From: Bacteroidia bacterium
GTDB lineage: Bacteria > Bacteroidota > Bacteroidia > JAYUJA01
Direction of reading: 5' to 3'
Length of the DNA: 43,703 nt
Assembly (NCBI GenBank): GCA_043765495.1
Contig: JAYUJA010000009.1
Span: forward strand, 1-43,703
The notes beneath the pieces are model-generated. The model worked only from the letters and a program-made list of their open reading frames with translations, ran no database searches and was not told where the DNA came from. Shown piece after piece: positions 20,878-31,030 of this stretch. The position numbers and the translations under genes were made by a program. The stretch's first letter is position 1. Each line of letters starts with the position of its first letter.

Positions 20878-21723
20878 ATGTCAAATTTATTACAAGCTAT
20901 AAAAACCATTATTGATAATCCAGTAATAAAAGTTAAAGATTATTATACAGGTCGCAATAGAGCTAATTCTGTCGGAGAAGCATTAGAAAATTATATAAAA
21001 GATGTTTTTGCAAATTCTTTTGAATTATCAGAAGTAGAGAGATTGAAAAAATTTAGTAAAGTTTTTTCTTATTTAGGAAATCAGAACAACCCACCCGATA
21101 TTATTCTTCGCAATAATGATGCGATTGAAATTAAAAAAGTTCAAAGTCCTACAAGTGCTTTGGCTCTAAATAGCTCTTATCCTAAAGCTAAACTTTTTGC
21201 TGATAGCCCTATGCTTACGCAAGCTTGTAAGAGTTGTGAAGACTGGGTTGAAAAAGATCTTATTTACATTGTGGGTCATACGAATGATACAGATATTAAA
21301 TATTTATGGTTTGTGTATGGTGACTGTTTTTCTGCTGATAAAGAAGTTTATGAGAAAATTAAAAAAACTATTTCTTGTGGGATAACTGAAATCCCCAATG
21401 TCGAATTTACAGAAACCAACGAATTAGGAAAAGTCAAAAAAGTAGATCCCTTGGGTATTACTGATCTACGAATTCGTGGAATGTGGCATATTGAAAATCC
21501 TCACAAAATATTTTCTTATTTGAACAAAGTTGATGCAAATGCCACATTTCAAATTATGTGTTTAATGAAAACTGAAAAGTTTAATTCATTTTCTGCTACG
21601 GATAAAGCACTACTTGAAAACCTTATAAAAGATAATTATTACTTTGAAGCTACTCAAATCAAAAACCCAAACAATCCTGCTCAATTATTAGATTGTAAAT
21701 TAATCACTTTCAAGATATTTTAA
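20878..21723 (+). CDS. Type II restriction endonuclease, NgoPII family (predicted GGCC)
   Basis: NRANS.GEALE.YIKD.F, YLGNQNNPPD, DAIEIKK, ALNSSYPK, ETNELG.V.KVDPLGIT.LRIRGMW motifs; directly upstream of a C5 methyltransferase. Confidence 0.88.
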   Translation: MSNLLQAIKTIIDNPVIKVKDYYTGRNRANSVGEALENYIKDVFANSFELSEVERLKKFSKVFSYLGNQNNPPDIILRNNDAIEIKKVQSPTSALALNSSYPKAKLFADSPMLTQACKSCEDWVEKDLIYIVGHTNDTDIKYLWFVYGDCFSADKEVYEKIKKTISCGITEIPNVEFTETNELGKVKKVDPLGITDLRIRGMWHIENPHKIFSYLNKVDANATFQIMCLMKTEKFNSFSATDKALLENLIKDNYYFEATQIKNPNNPAQLLDCKLITFKIF

Positions 21724-21724
21724 T

Positions 21725-22741
21725 ATGAAATTAGTTACCTTTTTTGCAGGTGCAGGCGGTTTAGATTTAGGTTTTTCAAAAGCAGGATTTGATGTTATTT
21801 GGGCGAATGAATACGATAAATGTATATGGGAAACGTACGAAAAAAATCATACAGGTGTTTATTTAGATAAACGAAGTATTACCAATATACCAACCAATGA
21901 AGTGCCTGAATGCGACGGTATTATCGGCGGGCCACCTTGTCAAAGTTGGTCAGAAGCTGGTGCTATGCGAGGTATTGGCGATAAAAGAGGACAGCTTTTT
22001 TACGATTTTATTCGAATTTTAGCCGCCAAACAACCCAAATTTTTTCTTGCTGAAAATGTATCAGGAATGTTGCTATCTGCTCATGGTAACGCTTTGGAAA
22101 ACATTAAAACCATGTTTCGTGAATGTGGGTATAATTTGTCTTTTCAAATGCTAAATGTGTCGGATTATGGTGTGCCACAAGATAGAAAAAGAGTTTTTTT
22201 TATTGGTTATCGTACGGATTTAGGAATTGAATTTGAATTTCCTCCCCCAGTAATATTACAAAACAAAACAACATTGGAGCAAGCTATCGGTGATTTGAAA
22301 GATACGGTTCTACCTGCTCAAAAAGGGAATCTAACGAACGGGGATAACTGTTTAGTATGCAACCATGAGTACATGACTGGCGGCTTTTCTAGTATGTATA
22401 TGTCACGGAATAGAATTCGTTCTTGGGACGAAGTTTCGTTTACTATCCAAGCTGGAGGCCGCCATGCACCTTGCCACCCACAAGCTCCAAAGTTTCAGTT
22501 TGTAGAACAAAATATTCGAATTTTCGTCCCTAGTAAGGAAGAATTATACCGTAGATTAAGCGTAAGAGAGTGTGCAAGAATTCAAACTTTCCCAGATACG
22601 TTTCGTTTTTATTATAAAAATATCGCAGACGGATACAAAATGATAGGCAATGCTGTACCTGTAGAAATGGCTACTATATTGGCAAACAAGATACTACTTG
22701 ACTTATCTACAATACAAATCCCTAAATCTTACAAAAATTAA
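21725..22741 (+). CDS. DNA (cytosine-5) methyltransferase, M.HaeIII/M.NgoPII-like (predicted GGCC)
   Basis: FAGAGG, GGPPCQSWS, ENV, QDRKR and GNAV motifs. The target-recognition region NHEY..G..S..YMSRNR.R.WDE.SFTIQA.GR...HPQAP closely resembles M.HaeIII as recalled. Confidence 0.93.
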   Translation: MKLVTFFAGAGGLDLGFSKAGFDVIWANEYDKCIWETYEKNHTGVYLDKRSITNIPTNEVPECDGIIGGPPCQSWSEAGAMRGIGDKRGQLFYDFIRILAAKQPKFFLAENVSGMLLSAHGNALENIKTMFRECGYNLSFQMLNVSDYGVPQDRKRVFFIGYRTDLGIEFEFPPPVILQNKTTLEQAIGDLKDTVLPAQKGNLTNGDNCLVCNHEYMTGGFSSMYMSRNRIRSWDEVSFTIQAGGRHAPCHPQAPKFQFVEQNIRIFVPSKEELYRRLSVRECARIQTFPDTFRFYYKNIADGYKMIGNAVPVEMATILANKILLDLSTIQIPKSYKN

Positions 22742-22815
22742 TCCCCAATATTTTACTATTCGTCCCTATTCTAAACAAAAAAGTTGTACTTTTGTATCCT
22801 ATACCTTAAAGCACA

Positions 22816-25800
22816 ATGAATAATTCTTCCGCCTACCAAGTTATTTTAGATAAATTAGACGCATTCATACGCAAATACTATAAAAATCAAATACTAAAAG
22901 GGATTTTATATACAGCAAGTATCCTTTTGATATTCTATTTGTTAGCTATTGTATTAGAATATTTTTCTCGGTTTAGCCCAGCTATTAAAACAGGCTTGGT
23001 GGGTACACTAGCAGTAGTAAGTGGTAGTATTATCCTGTATTTTATTATCATTCCTTTATTCAAATTATTAAAATTAGGAAAAACCCTCTCCTACGAGCAA
23101 GCTGCCGAAATCGTTGGTAGCCATTTCCTAACCATCAAAGATAAGCTATTAAATACACTACAGCTGAACCAATTAGCATTACAAAAACCTGCTAACATAG
23201 CCCTCATAGAAGCCAGTATCCAACAGCGGACGAATGAGCTGCGCCCTGTGCCTTTTACCAATGCTGTAGACCTAAACGAAAATAAAAAATACCTCAAATA
23301 TTTAGCCATTCCCCTTACTATTTTCTTCTTACTATTCCTATTCTACCGACAAGTAATCACCGAAGGCACTAGCCGACTACTGCAATACAACAAAGAATTT
23401 TTGCCACCAATGCCTTTTTCTTTTCAATTAGAAAACGAAAACTTACAAACCCGTTCCCAGCAAGATTTTGAACTAAATGTAGTAGTGAAAGGCACAGAAT
23501 TGCCCGAAATAGTATACGTAAAAGAAGGAGATGCAAAGTTCAAAACCATTAAAATAGATAATAACCATTTTTCGTATACCTTCCGTAATCCTACCCAAGA
23601 TGTTGGTTTTCAACTATGGGCAGACGGTTGGAGTTCGGATAAATACAATTTGGAAGTATTGCCAAGCCCTTCGTTGGTGGATTTTGAAGTAAACCTATCC
23701 TACCCAGCTTATACAGGTAAGAAAAACGAAGTAGTACAAAATTCAGGCGATTTGATAGTGCCAATAGGTACGACGGCTACATGGAAATTCAAAACCCAAA
23801 ATACAAACGATTTTTCGCTAGTATTTTCGGATAGTAGCCAAAAAACCATTTCCCCAAATACCGAAAACAATTATTCGTATACCGAAAAACTAGTCAAAAA
23901 TAAAAAATACATGGTAGCCGTAGCCAATGAACATTTTCAAGGTAGAGACTCCACCAAATACGCCGTGACAGTAATCCCCGACGCTTACCCATCTATCAAT
24001 ATAGACGAGATAAGAGATTCTCTAAACGAACAAAAAATATACTTTAATGGCGATGTATCCGACGATTATGGTTTCAGCCGCCTTGCATTTCATTATACCA
24101 TTATCAACCCCGATAATCCTGGTCGTAAAGTCGCGAATAGTTTCAACCTTAACGTAGATAAAGCCGTGATAGAAGCACATTTTACCTATGCCATAGATAT
24201 TGGTTCGCTGCCAGTACAGCCAGGCGATGAGATAGATTACTACTTCGAAGTGACGGATAATGATGGTGTTTTTGGTGCAAAATCTGCCCGCTCACAACAA
24301 GGTACTTACCACGTAAAAACCGTAAATGAACTCAAAGAAGAAGTAGAAAATGATAAAGAAATGATGAAAAATGACATGGAAAGTACGCTCAAAGATCTGA
24401 AAAAAATACAAAAAGAAATAGACGAATTGAATAAAAAAATGCTCGATAAAAAAGAATTAGACTATAACGATAAAAAACGGTTGGAAGAGCTAATGAAGCA
24501 AGAAAAACAAATCCAGCAACAGCTACAAGACATACAAAAGCAAAGTACCGACAACCAGAAAGAACAAAAAGAAATGAATAAAAAAGAAAATTATGAAAAA
24601 AGTGAACGAATATTAGAAAAAGAAAAACAAATCCAAGACCTTTTTAATAAAATAATGGACGAGGATATGAAAAAGAAATACGAAGAACTAGAAAAATTAA
24701 TGAAAGAAATGGATAAAAATAAACTGAAAGAACAATTGGAAAAAATGAAAGAAGAAAACAAAGATTTGGAAAAAGAACTGGATAGAACCCTCGAATTATA
24801 CAAACAACTAGAAGTAGAACAACAGCTAGATAAAGTAATGCAAGAACTAGATAAGCTGCAAGAAAAACAAGAAAAACTAGCCGAAGAGTCCAAAAAAGCT
24901 ACTACCAAGCCCGAAGAAATAAAAAAACAACAAGACGAATTGAATAAAAAAATGGACGAACTAAAAGACGATTTGGATAAATTGCAAGAAAAAAATAAAG
25001 AATTAGAAAAGCCTTTTGAATTAGAAGAAACCAAAGAAGAGGAAGAAGAAACCAAAAAAGATATGGAAGAAAGCTCCGAAGATTTGGAGAAAAAAGAGAA
25101 AGAAAAAGCTTCTAAAAAACAAAAGAAAGCAGCAGCAGGAATGGCAAAAATGAAAGATAAGTTGAATAAAATGAAAAAAGATATGGAAGAAGAAGAAGGC
25201 GAAGATTTGGAGAAATTACGTAATCTATTGGAAAATGTAGTCCAGCTCTCCTTCGACGAAGAAAGAATCATGAAACAACTCAAAAAAATAGACATCAATA
25301 ACCCACAATACAAAGAAATAACCAAAGACCAACGTCGACTACGTGAAAACGCTCAAATGGTCGAAGATTCGCTTTTTGCATTGAGTAAAAGGGTGGTAGA
25401 ATTGCAATCCATCATCAATACCGAAATAGCAGATATAAATAGAAATATGGACGATGCACTAGAATTACTAGCCGAAAGATACCTATCGCAAGCTACTGGA
25501 AAACAACAGTTTGTAATGACACATCTCAATAATCTAGCCTTACTATTAAGCGAGATAGTACAAGACAAACAACAAGACCAAGCAGAATCCGAACAGCAGA
25601 TGAAAGGAAACGGCTCGTGTAAAAAACCTGGTGGAAACGGCAAAGGTGGCAAAAAAGGAAAGAAAAAAGGAAACAAACCTTCGCAATCCCTTCAAAGCAT
25701 GCAACAGATGCAAGACCAACTGAATAAGCAACTCAAAGACATGAAAGAAGGGAAAGGAGAAAGCAAAGGCGGTAAAGGTAGCGAAGGCAAACAAGGCAGC

Positions 25801-26217
25801 GAAGGACTAGCACGCATGGCAGCAGAACAAGAAAAACTACGCCAAGAACTCCAAAAAGTAATGCAAGAAATAGAAGAAGGAGGGCAAAAACCTGGTGGGA
25901 ATTTACAAAAAGTAGCCGATGATATGGAAAAAACTGCTACCGACATCGTAAATAAAAACATCACCAACGAAACCCTGAACCGCCAGCAAGAAATAATGAC
26001 CAAGCTACTAGAAGCCGAAAATGCACAAAGAGAAAAAGAACAAGACGAAAAACGAGAAGCCACCGAATCGCCGATTGAAAATAAAAAATCCCCGTCGCAA
26101 TTCATCGAATACAATAAACTAGTGCAACGCCAGCAAGAAATGCTACGAACTACCCCGCCAGCTATGCGAGAATATTATAAGAAAAAAGTAAATAAATATT
26201 TCAATAGTATAAAATAA
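22816..26217 (+). CDS. Large membrane-anchored coiled-coil protein, DUF4175-like (conserved in Bacteroidota)
   Basis: KL..FIRKYYKN, N-terminal TM helices, DKLLN.LQL, SDDYGFS.L and YYFEV.DND motifs; long E/K/Q coiled coil; ends YYKKKVNKYF. Confidence 0.8.
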   Translation: MNNSSAYQVILDKLDAFIRKYYKNQILKGILYTASILLIFYLLAIVLEYFSRFSPAIKTGLVGTLAVVSGSIILYFIIIPLFKLLKLGKTLSYEQAAEIVGSHFLTIKDKLLNTLQLNQLALQKPANIALIEASIQQRTNELRPVPFTNAVDLNENKKYLKYLAIPLTIFFLLFLFYRQVITEGTSRLLQYNKEFLPPMPFSFQLENENLQTRSQQDFELNVVVKGTELPEIVYVKEGDAKFKTIKIDNNHFSYTFRNPTQDVGFQLWADGWSSDKYNLEVLPSPSLVDFEVNLSYPAYTGKKNEVVQNSGDLIVPIGTTATWKFKTQNTNDFSLVFSDSSQKTISPNTENNYSYTEKLVKNKKYMVAVANEHFQGRDSTKYAVTVIPDAYPSINIDEIRDSLNEQKIYFNGDVSDDYGFSRLAFHYTIINPDNPGRKVANSFNLNVDKAVIEAHFTYAIDIGSLPVQPGDEIDYYFEVTDNDGVFGAKSARSQQGTYHVKTVNELKEEVENDKEMMKNDMESTLKDLKKIQKEIDELNKKMLDKKELDYNDKKRLEELMKQEKQIQQQLQDIQKQSTDNQKEQKEMNKKENYEKSERILEKEKQIQDLFNKIMDEDMKKKYEELEKLMKEMDKNKLKEQLEKMKEENKDLEKELDRTLELYKQLEVEQQLDKVMQELDKLQEKQEKLAEESKKATTKPEEIKKQQDELNKKMDELKDDLDKLQEKNKELEKPFELEETKEEEEETKKDMEESSEDLEKKEKEKASKKQKKAAAGMAKMKDKLNKMKKDMEEEEGEDLEKLRNLLENVVQLSFDEERIMKQLKKIDINNPQYKEITKDQRRLRENAQMVEDSLFALSKRVVELQSIINTEIADINRNMDDALELLAERYLSQATGKQQFVMTHLNNLALLLSEIVQDKQQDQAESEQQMKGNGSCKKPGGNGKGGKKGKKKGNKPSQSLQSMQQMQDQLNKQLKDMKEGKGESKGGKGSEGKQGSEGLARMAAEQEKLRQELQKVMQEIEEGGQKPGGNLQKVADDMEKTATDIVNKNITNETLNRQQEIMTKLLEAENAQREKEQDEKREATESPIENKKSPSQFIEYNKLVQRQQEMLRTTPPAMREYYKKKVNKYFNSIK

Positions 26218-26230
26218 CCCCTCAAAAAAT

Positions 26231-26261
26231 AAGGCTGATAAGTAAAAAAATCAGCCTTTTT
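26231..26261 (+). terminator. Probable intrinsic terminator
   Basis: AAGGCTGAT...ATCAGCCTT stem followed by Ts. Confidence 0.6.
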
Positions 26262-26305
26262 CCATGTAGTATTTTTGTTTTAAATTACCTAAAAAATCCT
26301 TCTTT

Positions 26306-28732
26306 ATGCCATTATCTATTAGATTGCTAGTACTCTTTTGTCTATCGTTACCGAATTATATTTTTGGTCAGAACACTACTATTCAAGGATATATAAAAGA
26401 TGCCGAAACCAAAGAAATACTATCCGACGTATCCGTACTATTACAAGTGAAAGTAGATACAGGTTGGAAATTCAAAACCGCCACCAATACCGATGAACAA
26501 GGAAAATTTATGTTTTCGAATATAGAAGCAAATCCTTACCAAATAGTAATACAATTAATTGGTTATAAAACACATACACAAAAAATAACGAATACATCTA
26601 TTCCTATACAAATAGCCTTATCCCCTTCGTCCAAAAACACGCTCACCAAAGAAGCAGAAGTAGTAAGCGAAAAATCCATACTACAAACAGGCGTCGAGAA
26701 AAAAGTATTTCAAGTAGGGAAAGACCTTTCTGTGACAGGCGGCACCGCTACCAATGTATTACAAAATGTACCTACTGTAAACGTGGACATGGAAGGCAAT
26801 GTATCGCTGCGAGGAAGTGGCAACGTAACCATCTGGATAAACGGCAAACCTACGGGCGTGACTGGCGACAACAAAGCACAAATATTACAACAAATACCTG
26901 CTAACCAAATAGAAAGCGTAGAAATAATTACCAATCCATCTTCCAAATACGACGCCAACGGCAGTAGTGGAATCCTGAATATTGTACTAAAAAAAAATAC
27001 CCAAACTGGCTGGAATGCCACTGCAGCCATTACACTCGGCACTATCCAAAAATATACCCCAGCTGGCACTTTCAATTATAGAAATAAAAAAATAAATCTC
27101 ACCACTGCCTACACCTATCGCTACTATCCTAGCTATGGCAAACGGGTAGTAGACAGAACCTTCAACTATACTACTACCGATTTTTTATTCCACCAAGACC
27201 TAAAAACCAAAGACACCACTATCAGCCATACAGCACGCATCGCATTGGACTACAATCTTACTAGCAAAACTACCACTGGCATCAGCCTTACCTTCGCTCA
27301 CAAGGATTTTGATAGAACAGAACTATTCAACAATTATTACACCGACCTACAACGCAATCCCATAAAAACTAACCAAAGAACTATTCAAGATGTAATGAAA
27401 ACCAATAATATAGACGCTATTTATTTTATAAAACACATATTCCAACCCAAGAAAGAACTAAACGCAGCCGCATCGTACTCCTACAATTATTCCAATACCT
27501 TTACAAATTATACCCAAACAGGAGATAATAGCAACAGAGATAACAACGATTTTACAGAAAATAATACCTTCGCTACCGCCCAAGTAGATTATACACAGCC
27601 TATTTTCTCTTCTATTAAACTAGAAACAGGAGCAAAATGGACACAAACCCAAGTAGATAATCTAGTGGACTACAAAAGCTACAATACCACTACCACTAAT
27701 TGGATAAATAATCCGTTGTATACCAATCATTTTTTATTCAAAGAAAATACCTATGCCGTTTATTTACAAGCGAGTGGCAATGCACGAAAAGAAGGCAAAT
27801 GGAGTAAACTAGCCTACCAAGCAGGATTGCGTTACGAATATGCTACCAATAATTCTACGCTACTAACTACCAATGAGCAATATACCAACGTATTCAAAGC
27901 ACTATTCCCCTCCGCTAGTGCGAAATATAACCTAAAAGAAAACATAGAAATATTCGCTACTTTCAGCAAACGTGTAAACCGACCAGGTGCAGGGCTAGTA
28001 AACCCTTTTCCTAACTACGCCGATCCGCTTACCATTCGAAAAGGAAACCCCAACATAAAACCTGAATACGCCTATAATTACGAATTAGGTGCTACCCGCT
28101 ACCACGATAAACTATTCCTTACTACTACTATCTACTACCGTCATACTGTACAAGCATTCAGTAGAGTAGGCTACCCCGATAGTACAGGCAAAATGCTCAT
28201 ACTACACCAAAACGTAGGCACTGCGAATAATATAGGAATAGAAATTACTGCCAAATATACGATTAATAAAAAGATAGATATACTATTCAACCCTAACCTA
28301 TACCAGCAAGAAGTACAAAGTAACCTCGCTATCATTGATAATAAAGTAGTAAAAGGGTGGGCATCTACTTACAAACTTATCCTAAACTATAAACCAGATA
28401 AAGTAACTGATATACAACTACTTGGAAATTATATGACCCCACTACGCTATGCACAAGGCACGTACCAAGGTATGAATATGGTAAATATATCTGCACGTAG
28501 AACTATTTTTAACCAAAAAGCAACTATCGCCCTTACATTAAGCGATATACTAAACCAAATGCAACACCATATAAAAAGTCAAGGAATTAACTTTAAAAAT
28601 GAATTACAAGGTAAAAGAGAAAGCAGAATCCTAAACCTTACCTTCACCTACAAATGGGGGAATACCGACTTGCCTACCAAAAAACAAACCCCAGCTATGC
28701 CCACAGGTGGCGGCGGCGGAGAAGGGTATTAA
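26306..28732 (+). CDS. TonB-dependent receptor / outer-membrane beta-barrel family protein
   Basis: KKVF.V, GG.A..VL.NVP.V.VD.EG.VSLRG, IE.VEIITNPSSKYDA.G..GI.NIVLKK and GNP.IKPE motifs. Confidence 0.9.
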   Translation: MPLSIRLLVLFCLSLPNYIFGQNTTIQGYIKDAETKEILSDVSVLLQVKVDTGWKFKTATNTDEQGKFMFSNIEANPYQIVIQLIGYKTHTQKITNTSIPIQIALSPSSKNTLTKEAEVVSEKSILQTGVEKKVFQVGKDLSVTGGTATNVLQNVPTVNVDMEGNVSLRGSGNVTIWINGKPTGVTGDNKAQILQQIPANQIESVEIITNPSSKYDANGSSGILNIVLKKNTQTGWNATAAITLGTIQKYTPAGTFNYRNKKINLTTAYTYRYYPSYGKRVVDRTFNYTTTDFLFHQDLKTKDTTISHTARIALDYNLTSKTTTGISLTFAHKDFDRTELFNNYYTDLQRNPIKTNQRTIQDVMKTNNIDAIYFIKHIFQPKKELNAAASYSYNYSNTFTNYTQTGDNSNRDNNDFTENNTFATAQVDYTQPIFSSIKLETGAKWTQTQVDNLVDYKSYNTTTTNWINNPLYTNHFLFKENTYAVYLQASGNARKEGKWSKLAYQAGLRYEYATNNSTLLTTNEQYTNVFKALFPSASAKYNLKENIEIFATFSKRVNRPGAGLVNPFPNYADPLTIRKGNPNIKPEYAYNYELGATRYHDKLFLTTTIYYRHTVQAFSRVGYPDSTGKMLILHQNVGTANNIGIEITAKYTINKKIDILFNPNLYQQEVQSNLAIIDNKVVKGWASTYKLILNYKPDKVTDIQLLGNYMTPLRYAQGTYQGMNMVNISARRTIFNQKATIALTLSDILNQMQHHIKSQGINFKNELQGKRESRILNLTFTYKWGNTDLPTKKQTPAMPTGGGGGEGY

Positions 28733-28834
28733 TTCATCTTTTTAGCAAAAAAAATAAGCAAAAGACTTTTTTTAATTTTAATTATAAATAAATTATCTTT
28801 GCCTACTAAACCATACTCAATATTCCTTACCACT

Positions 28835-29800
28835 ATGTTATTCAACGAAATTCCAACTGTGGATTTAAGCCATTACATGAATGGTACAAAAGAACAAAAA
28901 GACGCTTTTGTACAAGAATTAGGTAACTCTTTTTCCAACATTGGCTTTGCTATCATTAAGAATCATACCGTTTCTAATGAATTAATTAACAATACATACG
29001 AAACCTTCAAATCTTTTTTTAACCTCCCAGACGAAGTAAAGAAAAAATACGAAATAGTAGAACTAGCAGGACAACGTGGCTATACCTCCAAAGGAAGAGA
29101 ACACGCCAAAAATAGAAACGTAGGAGACCTAAAAGAATTTTACCACATAGGACAAACAGTAACCGACGGCGACCCAATAAAAAAAGAATATCCCGATAAT
29201 ATATTTGTAGAAGAACTGCCTAGTTTAGAAAAATATGGCGTAGAATTATACAATGCACTAGAAAACAATGGGATTCATGTATTAAGAGCTATCGCAGAAT
29301 ATTTAGATCTAGATATTAATTATTTTGATAGTAAAGTACACAATGGCAATAGTATATTAAGACCTATCCACTACTTCCCTATCGAAAACCCCGATGAACT
29401 ACCAGAAGGAGCAGTACGTGCAGCCGAACATGAAGATATAAACCTAATTACCTTATTAGTAGGAGCTAGTGCAGATGGGCTACAAGTATTACGCAAAGAT
29501 GGTGTATGGATTTCGGCAAACCCACAACCTACCGAATTAGTAATCAATGTAGGCGATATGCTACAACGATTGACTAACAATAGACTAAAATCTACCACCC
29601 ATAGAGTAGTGAACCCACCACGTGAAAGTATGCACCTACCTCGTCATTCCATGCCATTCTTCTTACACCCTACTTCCATCACCGATTTGACGTGTATCGC
29701 TTCCTGTACATCGGATAGCAACCCAAAAAACTATGCCGATACCACCGCAGGCGAATACTTAAACGAAAGATTAAGAGAATTGGGATTATTAAAAGCCTAA
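28835..29800 (+). CDS. Isopenicillin N synthase-like 2OG-Fe(II) oxygenase
   Basis: IPTVDL, GQRGY, DLKEFY, HEDINLIT (HxD), NVGDML and STTHRV..P...R.SMPFFLHP motifs. Confidence 0.92.
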   Translation: MLFNEIPTVDLSHYMNGTKEQKDAFVQELGNSFSNIGFAIIKNHTVSNELINNTYETFKSFFNLPDEVKKKYEIVELAGQRGYTSKGREHAKNRNVGDLKEFYHIGQTVTDGDPIKKEYPDNIFVEELPSLEKYGVELYNALENNGIHVLRAIAEYLDLDINYFDSKVHNGNSILRPIHYFPIENPDELPEGAVRAAEHEDINLITLLVGASADGLQVLRKDGVWISANPQPTELVINVGDMLQRLTNNRLKSTTHRVVNPPRESMHLPRHSMPFFLHPTSITDLTCIASCTSDSNPKNYADTTAGEYLNERLRELGLLKA

Positions 29801-29893
29801 AATAAAAATTTTATTTTTCCTTGTAAATAATTAGGAGATACCAATACTTTTACTATCTTTGCTGCCCTTATTAAATAAAAAAAAATTTCATAA

Positions 29894-30727
29894 ATGGCAG
29901 TAAAAATCAGATTGGCAAGACATGGTAAAAAGAGAAAACCTTTTTATCATATCGTAGTAGCCGATGGTCGTGCACCTCGTAATGGTAAATACATTGAGAA
30001 ATTGGGTATCTATAACCCAGTTACCAATCCTGCGACCATTGAATTAGACTTTGACAGAGCATCGTACTGGATGGGCAATGGAGCTATCCCAACCGATACC
30101 TGTAATGCAATATTACGTTACAAAGGCGTACTATACAAAAAACATTTGGACGGTGGTGTTCGTAAAGGAGCATTAACCCAAGAACAAGCAGACGCAAAAT
30201 TAGAAGCTTGGTTAAGTGAAAAAGCTGCTAAAATAGACAGCAAAATCACGAAATTAGCTGACAATAAAGATGCTGACAAAAAAGCAAAACTAGAAGCAGA
30301 AATAAAAGTTAAAGCAGCTGTTGCAGCAAAATTAGCTCTTAAAAATGCTCCAGAAGTAGTAGAAGTAGTCGAAGCAGAAGCACCAGTAGCGGAAGTAGTA
30401 GCAGAAGCACCAGTAGCGGAAGTAGTAGCAGAAGCACCAGTAGCGGAAGTAGTAGCAGAAGCACCAGCAATTCAATTAGTAATAGTAGAAGGAATCGGGC
30501 CAAAAGTACAAGAGTTATTACACGAAAGTGGGATAGTAACAATCTCTGACCTAGCAAGTGCACCAGTAGAAAAACTGAAAGAAGTACTAGACGCAAAAGG
30601 TGGAATATATGCAGCGATGAACCCAGAAACTTGGGCACAACAAGCAGCATTAGCAAGAGATGGTAAAATGGACGAATTGAAAAAATGGCAAGATGAATTA
30701 GATGGCGGAAAAGTCACTAACGAATAA
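29894..30727 (+). CDS. rpsP: 30S ribosomal protein S16 with Ala/Glu/Val/Pro repeat linker and C-terminal HhH (DUF4332-like) domain
   Basis: MAVKIRLARHGKK..PFY.IVVADGRAPR.GKYIE; C-terminal VEGIGPK...L...GI....DLA...ETW.QQA.LA..G...EL..WQDELDGG. Confidence 0.95.
   Translation: MAVKIRLARHGKKRKPFYHIVVADGRAPRNGKYIEKLGIYNPVTNPATIELDFDRASYWMGNGAIPTDTCNAILRYKGVLYKKHLDGGVRKGALTQEQADAKLEAWLSEKAAKIDSKITKLADNKDADKKAKLEAEIKVKAAVAAKLALKNAPEVVEVVEAEAPVAEVVAEAPVAEVVAEAPVAEVVAEAPAIQLVIVEGIGPKVQELLHESGIVTISDLASAPVEKLKEVLDAKGGIYAAMNPETWAQQAALARDGKMDELKKWQDELDGGKVTNE
30374..30467 (+). repeat. 27-bp in-frame tandem repeat, about 3.5 copies (AEAPVAEVV)
   Basis: GCAGAAGCACCAGTAGCGGAAGTAGTA x3 exact copies plus a partial copy. 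Confidence 0.95.
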
Positions 30728-30737
30728 TTTTATACCT

Positions 30738-30773
30738 TAAAAAGCCGCTTCTTACACAAGAAGCGGCTTTTTA
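30738..30773 (+). terminator. Intrinsic terminator of rpsP
   Basis: TAAAAAGCCGCTTCTT-ACAC-AAGAAGCGGCTTTTTA perfect inverted repeat. Confidence 0.9.
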
Positions 30774-30829
30774 TTTACAATTCAAATTTTTTAGTAGGTA
30801 GGTTCAATCCCCAGAATAGCCTAATAAAT

Positions 30830-30951
30830 AACCTAGTATTTACGAAAAAGTGTCGGAGGGAAGTTATCGAACTTTACTACTGTACCCAGCAGTGGTACTA
30901 AACCTGTGCTTTGTGCTTTCTATCCCACTTCTTCGTAAATACTTGGACGTT
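30830..30951 (+). repeat. 122-bp palindromic element, copy 1 (attC-like recombination site)
   Basis: Begins AAC and ends GTT; arms AGTATTTACGAAAAAGTG / CACTTCTTCGTAAATACT; 5 mismatches to copy 2 at 35108-35229. Confidence 0.85.
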
Positions 30952-30993
30952 GGTGGCAATGAAAAAAAAAATCTCACCTTATACTAATTTTAC

Positions 30994-31001
30994 TAATTTT
31001 G
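30994..31001 (+). promoter_or_regulatory. Bacteroidota -7 promoter element inside the cassette
   Basis: TAATTTTG (TAnnTTTG) 29 nt upstream of ATG 31031, spacing similar to other genes in the window. Confidence 0.55.
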
Positions 31002-31030
31002 CGTTACTACTTCTAACATAACCAATACCA

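Noticed and set aside
24591-26114. Long antisense ORFs rich in Ser/Phe/Leu
   Set aside because: They are mirror images of the Glu/Lys/Gln-rich coiled-coil gene on the + strand, with no independent coding signal.
30374-30467. Possible CRISPR array
   Set aside because: The repeats are contiguous with no spacers and in frame within rpsP; no cas genes are present.
30339-30717. Leu-rich repetitive antisense ORFs
   Set aside because: Shadows of the rpsP 27-bp repeat and HhH region.
30962-30971. A10 tract upstream of the cassette promoter as a phase-variation switch
   Set aside because: A/T homopolymers are common in intergenic DNA throughout this window; no evidence of length variation.
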